Shown here piece after piece: positions 13,501 through 25,000 of a stretch of DNA of 64,000 bases. Within the stretch, counting starts at the first letter, position 1. Each line of letters starts with the position of its first letter. The notes below the pieces were generated by a model. That model was not told the origin of the DNA and ran no database searches. It saw only the letters and a list, made by a program, of their open reading frames with translations. The position numbers and the translations under genes are program-made. This DNA comes from Piromyces finnis finn (lineage: Eukaryota > Fungi > Neocallimastigomycota): positions 1,183,294 through 1,247,293 of the forward strand of contig MCFH01000007.1 of NCBI GenBank assembly GCA_002104945.1, given 5' to 3'.

Positions 13501-15652
13501 ATTTTCATTATTTTTGAATATGAAAGATTTAAATTGAATATCAATCTTATAAATATTTAAGCATAATATATATAAATTTTATTAAAAGGTTATATAAATT
13601 AATGTAATATTTTTGTTAGAATTATATTTTAGAAATTATTATAATAAAATTTTAATGATGACAAAAAACAAAAAGGTACATTATTTGATTTAGTTTTTAA
13701 AAATGGTCCATTTGAAATTGAATTATTAACATATCCATGATTCCATTCAACATTAATAATGTCACCTTCCATATAAATGACATTTCCATTTGATTTAATA
13801 TTTGATATGTTTACATTATCGAATAAAGTGAGTTTACCTTCTAAATTCATTTTTAAAGATATTAAATAACATTCATTTTTTTCTCCATAAATATTAATAT
13901 TATTTATATTTACATTCTGTAATTCAAGATTTTTATAATATATTGGTATTACTGACTTATAGAAAGTTGAAATATTTTCAAGGGTAACATTTTTTAAATA
14001 TAATGCAGATTGTTCATCAAATAAAGATGTTCCAATTAATCTTATAAAATAACAATAGGTAATAATAATAAAAAAGTATTTATTTAATAATAAAATATTT
14101 AAAACAATGTATATAAAAGAGTTATAATAATAATTAATATAATAAATAATAATAAGTTTACTTTATTCCACGAATTATTGTATTAGAAATATAATTATTA
14201 CTGTATTTTGTACCGGAAATAGTTGGAATATAATTTTTATTATCAATATTTTCAAAAATTGAATTGTCAATAAACATTTCAATGTTTTCCCCATAAAACA
14301 GTGGACTTATATCTAATATGAAGTCAAAAAGTGAAAAACGAATTTAGTAATAAAAAAAAATTAGTGTTAAAAGTATTGTTAATATTTTTTTTTTCTATTC
14401 TTCAAAATATATATACTTTTAAAATGGGATTCAGAAATACATATTTTATTGGCACATTTTGTTCCACTTGCAATATCATATATTAGATTGCCGATTTTAT
14501 TATGAACATTATTGATTGTTACATTTTGAAATCTATATATAAAGTAATAAAATTGTTTATTATAGATAATTAATATTAAGTGTAATCTTGAATAAAAAAT
14601 TATTAAACTACTTTATTAAATTTCCAGAAGCTTTCATAAAAGGAACTACAGAAGCATCAACTTTAAAATCATTAAATATTGTATTTTTTATAATTAATTC
14701 TCCATAATATTTTATATATACAAAAGATGCCCTACTAGAACTTGACGATGAAGATATTTTTGTAAATTTACCTTTTATTTTTTTATTATATATTTAAATA
14801 TTAGTAATTGAAAACTACACATAATTGTTACATATTTAAATATTTACAATTGTTATATTCAATTTTCCCGAAAGAAATTTTTGAAATATCATCACAATTA
14901 TTGAACTCTGAATTGGAAATTAAAAAACTTAATTGATGATTTAATGTTTGTTCATTTTTAGTAGAGAAATGTAAAACACCAGATCCTTTGATATCACTAA
15001 AATATATTGATTGTTCAATTATAGTAGTAAAAAACTTAACCTTTTATTTTCATATATAAAATAGTTTCAAAAAATATTTATTTTGTAATAATTACATAAA
15101 TTTGCATGAATCAAGTGTAATGTTTATTTTATTATCATTACTTTTTATTAATGAGCTATTTTCTGCTTCAAAAATTAAAAATCTTCCATTTCCTTTTTCA
15201 AAAGTACATTTTTTGAAAGTAATAGAAAAATCCGAACTAGTAACACGAGAATAAAAAATAGAATTTAATTGTTGTGGATCTTGAAAATCATAAAATTTTA
15301 TATTCTCAAATTTTATTTTCTGTCCTGTATACTCTTTGAAATTTATAGAAAAATAAAATCCATTTTTTCCTAATTTAATTTCAGTACCTTTTTCTTCCTT
15401 TCCATATAAAGCAAAATCAATATTACCAGGAATATCAATTTGAAAACCTTGTTGATAGTTTAAAGAGGATTCTATTACATTTTCTGTTATATATACATTG
15501 ATAGTTTTTGATATTAAAGAATATTTTTCTATTATACTTGTCAAATTGTATATTGTGTATATTTCATTAGGAATATATATATCAATTGATAAGCATTTAT
15601 TCAATATAATTAAAATTAGTGTAATTATTTTAGTATATTTACATAGCATCAT
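10505..15652 (-). CDS. Multi-exon membrane receptor: signal peptide, parallel beta-helix (GG[VA]xF repeat) ectodomain, EGF-like module and class-C-like 7TM GPCR domain
   Basis: The ORF-track pieces 15092-15652, 13629-13850, 12604-12957, 12195-12518, 10962-12059 and 10505-10807 are exons of one gene. Visible elements: an N-terminal hydrophobic leader, GYFGGVAF and VAGGVFFF repeats followed by NKANSHGPDFATHP, the EGF-like CELPNCNDNC...CVCLAGYTGNDC, then seven hydrophobic segments with IIKDFG (ICL1) and CFLQFLLLSIGFLLIY..K (TM3). Not every internal exon boundary was resolved. Confidence 0.8.
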
Positions 15653-16182
15653 AATATATTATGGAGAGAATGATCAATGTTTTTTTTTTTTAAAATACTT
15701 GAGATATAATTAAGAAACTATGCAATAAAATACATTTAAATTATTAGGATCATTAAACTTAAAAATTTTATTTAATAAAATATAAATTTTAAAAATATAA
15801 AAAAATTATTAAATAAACTTTTTTTTTTTTTAGATTATGTAGAAATAAAAGAAGCTATTTATTATTATAAATCAATATTCTTCAAAATTACAAAAAAGAA
15901 AAAAATACACATTTATAAGTAATAAGTAATTTTTAAAATCTATATAATTTTTATCATACAATAATGTAAAGAATAAAAAAACAAGTGGATAAAATCCTTT
16001 TGGGTATGAAAGTTATATGGAACCAAAAGTCTTATATTAGGGAAGTGCCGAATTAAATTTCTATAAAATAGAAATTTAAAGTAATTTAGCATACATCAAC
16101 AGATACAAAATGTATATATTTAATCAAAAATATTCAAAAATGTATGATTCATAATACAACCTAAAGTATAGCTATAATTGTA

Positions 16183-16228
16183 ATATTTCTCCAATTATTT
16201 CCATTTTAGGAAATAATTGGAGAAATAT
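16183..16228. repeat. Perfect 20-bp inverted repeat with a 6-nt loop
   Basis: ATATTTCTCCAATTATTTCC (16183-16202), then ATTTTA, then GGAAATAATTGGAGAAATAT (16209-16228). The arms are exact reverse complements. Confidence 0.95.
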
Positions 16229-19054
16229 ATTAAAAATCAAAATCATTAATAAATTAAGTTATATAGAATAAGTATTATATGCTGTAAAAATAAAATAATA
16301 CTTTGTTGTATAGAGTAACGCAATTAATCATTGAAAAGCATATTAATTTATTAGTATTTCCTTTATTATGAATTTTAAATATAATTATTTCTAATAATAA
16401 TAAATAAGTATTCCAAATATATAAAAAATCACCATTTATTTATCTATTTAATAACCATTTAAATTACTTATTAATAAATATAAATTTATTTATTTTTTAT
16501 TTTTTATTCATTTACTTTCATAAATTGCAATTATTTTCCTTTTTTTTACCCGATTTAGGAATTAAAGAATTTTTAAGGAGATCTTTTAATGTACCATATT
16601 GCAATTGCAATATATTATATTAAATAATATTAAATAAAAAATGTATTTACTATATATGGAAAAAATATTTATTTTAAAAATTTTTAAATTTAATAAAAAA
16701 AATTACACAGAAATTCTAAATATAAAAATTAAAAAAACTTTATTGAAACTAATAAGCATAAAAAAGAAAAGTAAATTAATGAAAGATTAAAAAACAGTAA
16801 CAAGGAAAGAAAATGAAAAAAGTAACAACTTTTTAATTTTCTAATAATATAATATTTTAGAAAGAAATGAAATAAGCCACTATTTTGTATTGATTAAATA
16901 ATTATTATTGGTGTATATTGAAAATAAATATTTTTATTTTTATATAATATGTAATATTTTAAAAATATAAATTAATTTTAATTATTTTTAATCATTGAAT
17001 AGTGATTAAACAATTCATTTAGTTTATTAATTAAAATATTTTCAATTTAAATAATAATTAACGAGTAAAGGTCCTTTTAATTTAGGTTTATAAGATTCTT
17101 TCTGTATTTTAGATATTATTCTAATTAAATCCATAATAATATTTTTAATTATTTTAATAAATAAATGAAATATTGTTGAATATTGAAGTTAAATAAACAT
17201 ATTATATTGAAGTAAAAAATTATATAATTATTAAGTTAAATAGAACGATGACTTTTTTTTTATAATAAAAGTGGTGGTTAAATTATTTAGTGATAACGAA
17301 ATGTCTTTTGTGTTGTTATTTTTTTTCTCAGAAAATCATTGAAATTTTATTTATATTAATTAGTTATTAATAATATATAAAAATGAGTGGCAATTAATAT
17401 AAATATTTATATATTATGATATATTTAATATATTTTACTAATTAATTTTAATATATCTAAAAGTATAAATAAAATATATATAATAAAATTTAATTAGATT
17501 TTGTGACACAATTAAAATTTCTTTTTTTAAACTTTTTCAGTTATTGGAAAATAATATGTATGAAAGAGGTCTATTAAGAGCTTTTTGAAATAATAAATTA
17601 TTTTAAAAGATTTTTTAAAATTAAATAGTTGTGATAATTATTATAATTATAATTATTATATGTAAGCATTCATAATTATAATATTTTTTCTTTAACAATA
17701 ATATAGCTATTATTTATATTAATATTATTATCATTACTCCTTTTCATTGTTATTAATCATTCATTTACATAAATATTTTTTTTTAAAAAATCAATATTAT
17801 AAATATTCAATAATATATATTAATTTATAATTTATAATGGATTAAAATATTATTTATATTAATTAATATATTAATATTTTAATATTTTTTATATTTAAAC
17901 AAAATTTATCTTTTTTTTTTTTTTTTTTTTTTTAAAGTTTATATTAATAATAGTAAAAAGAAAAGTATTTTTTTTTTTAATTTTTATATAGATTTAATAT
18001 TAAATCTTTATATATCAAGAAAAATATAGTTATTAGAATTAGAACATATAAGTTTTATAAACATTCTGATTTCTTCAACCTTTATATTACATTGAAAGGA
18101 AAAATTGGAGAAAGAAAGAATGAAATTTTAATAAAGAAAATACTTCAAAAAAAAAAAAAAATAATAATAAAAATTAGAGAAAAACATGTGCAAAGGATAG
18201 TAAGTAAGAAAAAGTATAAAATTATAATCAAACTAAACAAATATTTATTCTGAAATTCTAAAAATTTATTCTTTCAATATATTGAAAATCAAAGTTAAAT
18301 TTAAATTTATTAAAAACATTGAATTGTTTTACAATAAAAACATTATAGAAAAGGTATTTAAATAAAAATATTAATATAAAAAATAATAAAAAAAAAAACA
18401 TAAAATTTTCTGTGAAATATAAGAAAATAAAAGAAGAAAAACTATCATATCCACTCATTTAAATTTCTTTTTATAATTATTATAATATCATTATGAAAAT
18501 GCACATTCCATATTAATAAAAGAAAATTATCGTAAATACTAATAACTATAAATATAGGGTAATATATTAATAATTTGAATTAAACAAAATAGTTTTCTCT
18601 TTAATAATTTCCTTGCCTTTTTAAAGTTTTAATATCAATAAGTATACCCAAATTTATCTATATTATAAAGATAATAATTATAAAAAAGAAAACCAAAAAT
18701 ATTATAAATTAATTTTCGGAAAGAAAAATCTAAGTACTTTACTTATTTTCATGAATAACATTGTTATACTTTAACTCTAAAGACTTAGTATTTCATAAAA
18801 GAAAAATAATTGGTATAAGATTTATTTTTATTTAATTAAAAATAATAATTTAATGTATTAACTTTCATTGATATATTATTTATATATTTATATAATTTTT
18901 TTTTTTATTTTTTTAGGTATATATTTCAATATAATAACTATATCCATATTTAAAGTAAAAAAAGGAAATACTTGATATAAAATTACCTTTTTAAAATAAA
19001 ATATTTTAAAAATATAAAAATTATAATAATATAGAAAAATATATAATATTTGAC

Positions 19055-22000
19055 ATGGGTAATGAAACAAATATTAGCAACTATAAATGGCAAATTTGTT
19101 ATAAAAAACCATTATTTAATGGTGAAGAGATAGAAAATTTTGCAATATGGAATTCTGATTTAAACTATTTAAATGAAGTTAAAAATCCAGTAGATATTCT
19201 CATTATTCAATACCATGCTTTTTATAGATCAATATCTAATAATGGAAGCTATGACAGTTTATCAGTAGATTCTGGACCAATTGATTCTGTAACATTGGAT
19301 ATTGATAATTATAATGGAAAACCACCAATGAGTGCATATACAAAAGATAGATTTATAGCTAAAAATATCAGTAATGAAGCTCTTCTCAGTAAATTAGATT
19401 CCAATAAATACAGTCAAAGTAATTTAGAAAGAATGGATAATTCAAATCTTCCTCAATCAGATTATAATACTAATTTAACAGGTTTCAATAATATTAGTTT
19501 ATGTGTAGATACAGAAGTACTTTATGGTTCGAAGCGTATTTTAGTTGATGTTGATATTTCTGAATTTATAAGGTCATATGCTGGAAAAATTACTACATTA
19601 ACAATTGGTAAATATATCACTAAAAAAATTAAAAAGCTCATAGATATCAGTTCCATTAATTGGATATGGGGTTTCTATTTTTCTAACCTTCAGAATCTAA
19701 TTGATAAATATGGTATTGAAAATTGTCAACAATTTCTTTTTATTTTTAGAAAAGCCTTTCCATACTATGCAATATTTACTGACATAAAAAAGTTAGATGT
19801 TTTTGAAGAAATAAGAGATTTAATTCATGGAATCATATTATATAATGTTGTTTTCCATCAAGATGGTAAGCAAAAATCAAGATGGGAATGGGGAAATATG
19901 AAATTTCAAGATTATATAGCTGCTTTAAGAAATGAAATTAGTTTAAGAACAGATTTTATAGTTCTTGATGCTGAAGTATTACCTCCAGAAAAGAACCAAA
20001 GTTTTCATCACTATCAAAGACGTCGTTATTATCGTAAATGGATTATGGGTAATAACTTTAAGGGTTGGATATCATTTGACCCTGAATTTAATTCATTAAA
20101 GTGTATTGGTCCACCAGAATTTCCACTTGTTAATGATTTGGATATTTATGAAATGTGTACCTCAACAGAAGTTAAATCTTGTCGTAATTTGATATTAAAT
20201 ATTTTGCCTCAATTAGATTGGAAAGATAAATTATTAAATCATTATATATGGAAAAAGGTGCTTCGTGAAACTGATTTCCCAAAAGACATTACTGATCGTA
20301 TTCCATCTATTAATAATGTTACCCAAATAGAGCTTTCAGATGTTCTTATTTGTCAACCATCAAAACCAGAATTGCCATCAATTAACGATGTTATTGGAAA
20401 AACAAATAATCAAAAAACATCAAAAAAGAGTAATAGTGATTTACTGTGGAGTGAAAGTGGAATCGAAGGTTCATCTAATCATTTGTGGAAGCAAATTAAT
20501 CAAACACATAGAGTCTTTAGTACTACAGCTATTGGCAAAACTTATGGTAATGAACGTCGTAAACAAGTTGAAATTAAATTGATTGACATTATGATTAATC
20601 TTCTTGAAAAGAATTTATTAAAATCAATTAATGTATCAACTTCTGGTAATACTAATCAATCTATGTCCATTATTAATAATTCAATGGTATCCCTATCTGA
20701 TGATGAATATGAACTTCAACCAGAAATGGAAGAAATCATTGACTTTATTGATTCCATTATCAAAAATCCTTCTCCATTAGTTGTTCGTATCCTTAACGAG
20801 GTTTTCGGTGGTTATGATGTTGCTATAGAACATTTTAAAGAATTAAATGAAAATCTTTTAAATAATAATATTTCCATATATATTGGTACCAATTCATCAT
20901 TCATATTAAAAGAGAATCCTGATGAATTGCCATATAAAAAGGTTTGGGCTATTATGGGTTTAGATGATAATGAAAAATTATATATTTTTGTTCCGGAAAA
21001 TTGTCCAAATATTGTTGAATTAGTAATTAATTGCTATTTTAGAAGATTCTTTTATCATGACTCTGGAAAATGTTTACTTTTAGAAAGTTTAATAGTTGCT
21101 CAAGAAAATCCGGAATATTTGCCTATCTCTCATCGTGTTTTCTATGAAATTGAAAACAGTTCCTATTCAGAATTATTCTATTTTATTCGTAATACTTATT
21201 TAATTCAAAACTCTATGGAAAACAAGATTCAAAATCAAATTGAAAGAGAGTTACTTTCTGCTTATGCTAGTTATATTTGTGATTATTCCCATCACTTATT
21301 AGTAGAAAAATTTGATTATTATGATAAAATAAAAGAACAAGTCAAAATTGGCTATGAACCTCTTCATGAGCCAGAAAAAGAAATGTACGATTTAGTTGCA
21401 TATTGTTCATTAGATCCTTTGGGTGATCGTTTAATCAAAGAATTTAGTAAACGTATCGAAAATTCAATGATTAAAAATTGCTATCCAGCAAATTCCTCAG
21501 AAGCCTTAGCATTATCTTATCTTTTTATGCTTTTCTGGAAAGCATGTCGTCGTGTCGCATGGCTGAACATGGAATCTTCATTAATTACAATGAACCCAAG
21601 TTTCATACCAGATTACGACCAAGTTGCTGTAGCTATGGAAATGATTACTACTCAATCCAATTTAAATATGATGTTTGATTTGAACAGTCATCAATTAGCT
21701 AGCTACATGCATCCAATATTGAGAAATAATGTCAAAGAAAGTAGAGAAATAAAAGAAAATTTAGTTGTTGAAAGCATGGATAAGGGTACTGATACTAAGA
21801 AGGCTAGACAATTAGCTAATGCCTTCCTTTTCGTTTATCCTGTTATTATAGATTTAATTCTTGTAAGGTGGATTGGTTCTGGTATTTTTATTAATGGCTA
21901 CATGGATAATACTACTAAAGACGTATTAAACTTTATCTTTATCTTTATTTTCCCTGTTTGTGGTGGTTTAATGAACTCAATTGCTAGAACATGTACATTT

Positions 22001-25000
22001 TATTATTTCTACAAGTCATTTTCCTTAATGACTGCTGCATTCTTAAGAAGATATTCTGCTAGTTTAATAATTTTATCTATTGTTAGTATTGGTATTGGTA
22101 TTGCTTCCCTTTTCAGAACCGGTTATGATATTACATATATGTTTTTATTTATGATTTATGCATTTTTATTTGGCCATTATTTAATTCTTTTCTCAATTCT
22201 TGGTTCGATTAAAGATATTAATATTTGGATTTTCAAAAATAAAGGTCCAAGTATCGCATTACTTGGTTCCGCTATTCTTTTAATTCCAAACTTATTTTGT
22301 TACTATATATTTAATGATTCTACTCATTCCAAGCTTATACTATCAATATATGATATTGGTTTCATTATTTCTAATCTTTTTATGCTCTTTGGTTATCGTA
22401 GATTATCAAGAAATTATCTTAATTTCACCAACAAAATTAAGATTCCAACTAAGGAGGAAATTCAAGAATACTATGCTATCGATAATCCAAAACCAACAAT
22501 ATTTGTTGATGAAACTCAAAAGAATTACATGAAACGTATTGCATTATGGGAACGTTCCGCAAGAATCTACTACATGAATAAAATTAATAAAGCTAAAAAA
22601 GCTGTTAAAAAAAACAATAATAGCATTATTCATGAAAGACTCAAACAAAAACCATATGAAGAAGAATTAATGGGATGGTATATTCAACGATCTGGTTCAA
22701 CTGCTCCATTAAAGTACAGTAATGAATGGGATACTATGTTAAAATGCGCATTAGAAGAATTAAAGAAAAAGATTCAAGTAGAAAAGATTAATCGTGGTGA
22801 TTTATTATTTGATTTTGAGCGTGTTGTTATATACTTTGGTATCTTTTATTTTATCTATATTTTTATTGATAAATGGGCTCTTTTATTCCTCGAAGGAAAA
22901 CCATATCTTTTCTTACCAAAGAGATTAGCTGCTAAAAAAGAAATTCCATTTGAAGATTATCTTAATGGTTCTCTTTATGCAACTCTTTTCATGTTAATAT
23001 GTTCAGGTTTCCTTGAATTAACTCTTTCACGCGTTTTATCGTGTAAGAATAAAGAAAAAAATAGTCGATTAGGTTGGTTTACTTCAAAGGAAATGATCAG
23101 TCAATATAAGAAAGATGATATTTATGTTTATAAAAATGAATTAGTTAAATTCCTATTAGTTATTATTGTTATGCTAGGTGGTATGACAGGTATTATCTTA
23201 TTTCTTCATGGTTACAAACGTAGTGTATTAGAAACCTATGGTATTGTTGCTTTTGGATTTGTTGGATTTTTAATCGGGCTATATCACAAACTTTTCTTCT
23301 ATTCAAGAGAATGTGAAGTTCGTTTGAATAAGTTTTTGATTGTTATTGTCATTTTATGTATTGGATTTTCAGCATTCCTAAAGTATTATTGTAAAACACT
23401 TTTCTATTCATTCTATGCCACTTGTGTTGGAGGTTGGCTTTTTTGCCTTTGTACTGTATTCATTTATTATGGTGGTTTCAATTCTGATGTTCATTATTCA
23501 GTTAATCTTTCTCCACATTTAGCCTCCTCTGGACAACGTTTCATAGGTCAGAAAAATGATTTATTAGCGAGAGAGAATTTAGAAATTTATTTAAGAAAAA
23601 TTCCATCTAAAAATTTCATTACTCCATCAGAAATTCTTTTAAAAAGTGTTTATGCAATGATATTAGATGCTAAAGATCGTTTTAGAAATCTTTCCTCTAG
23701 AAATATATTAAAAATTTGTTTCCCAGACTCTGAAGATTTACTTCAAAATATTTATGAAAGTTTCTATAATGGTTCAATTAAGGTTAAAATTGCTCCAGAA
23801 GAAACATTTAATATCAGGGGTCAACGTTACTGTGCAATATCTTTTAAAAATAAGGTTAAGAATGTTTTAGATATATATACCTTTTTACCTCCTATTGCTA
23901 ATGATTACATAGGGGATCAAATTGATCCAAAACTTATTGAATGGGTAGCTTCATCTGTTATTCATGAATATGCTGAACAAAATGCTGGTTACTCACATGC
24001 AGAAGCTGCCATTTTAGAACTTTTAATTAAAGATGGAGAGAAATTAAGTGAATTACCAATTCGTTATCAATATCAAATATGTGTTTCAGATAAACGTGAA
24101 TTAAAGAAATTAATTTATGGTTATGTAGAGTTAGAAAAGAGAAAAGCTTTGTTGGATATTGATATTGATTGTGAGTGGGAAAAATTACAACGTAATACCA
24201 AACTTTTCCTTATTCAACTAAATACAATATGGTACAAGTATATCAATAGAATCTCAAAAAAATATAATATTGAAAGTATTAGTATTAATGGTAAGATTCC
24301 AAGTGATTTAACCAAGCTTCTTCACAAAAAGCATAATAATAACATGAAAATTAATCAAATTATTGCATTTTCAGTTCTTTCCATTTATGTTGCAAGAAGA
24401 GTTGGTGATTTATGTTTAAATGAAAAACTACCAAAGGAAATTATGGTTCATAAACGTTCTCTCAAAAAGCAAGCTTCAAAAGAATTATTTAATCGTAGAT
24501 ACAGTATTTCTCGTTCTATAAGTCGTAAATTACCAAAGAAAGATAAGAGAGAAAATAAATATAATGTCACCAGTATAACAAATACACGTAGTAAATTTGT
24601 CGAACAATTAGAAGAATTAGAATTCATTATATATTTAGCTTTCACTGGTGATAATCGTTTTGGTCGTGAATTTAGTACTACTAATCATTTCTATATTACA
24701 CGTTTAATCCTCTCAACTATCTTTAAGATTTCCACTAAAATAAGATGGATTCTTACCAAGAAATTTTATTTAAATGAAAAGAATATCAAGAATTTATTAG
24801 AAAGAATGAAGAAAGGTAGTTTCCGTGATCATTACTACAATAAAGAAAGACAAATTGTTAGAATTGATTCATATAATACCTCATTAAGTAATGTTGTTAG
24901 TTTAGTGGAAAGTAATCGTGAAGGTTATCTTATTGCTACACGTTACTTCCAAAATAAAGCAACTGCCGATTGGAAACCAACATCAAAAGATAAACCATTC

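Noticed and set aside
18258-19070. Hydrophobic F/I/Y/L-rich ORFs 18258-18458 and 18888-19070 (similarly 32049-32240 and 43541 N-terminus)
   Set aside because: Their composition is what AT-rich non-coding or intronic DNA gives when translated; no splice or motif support.
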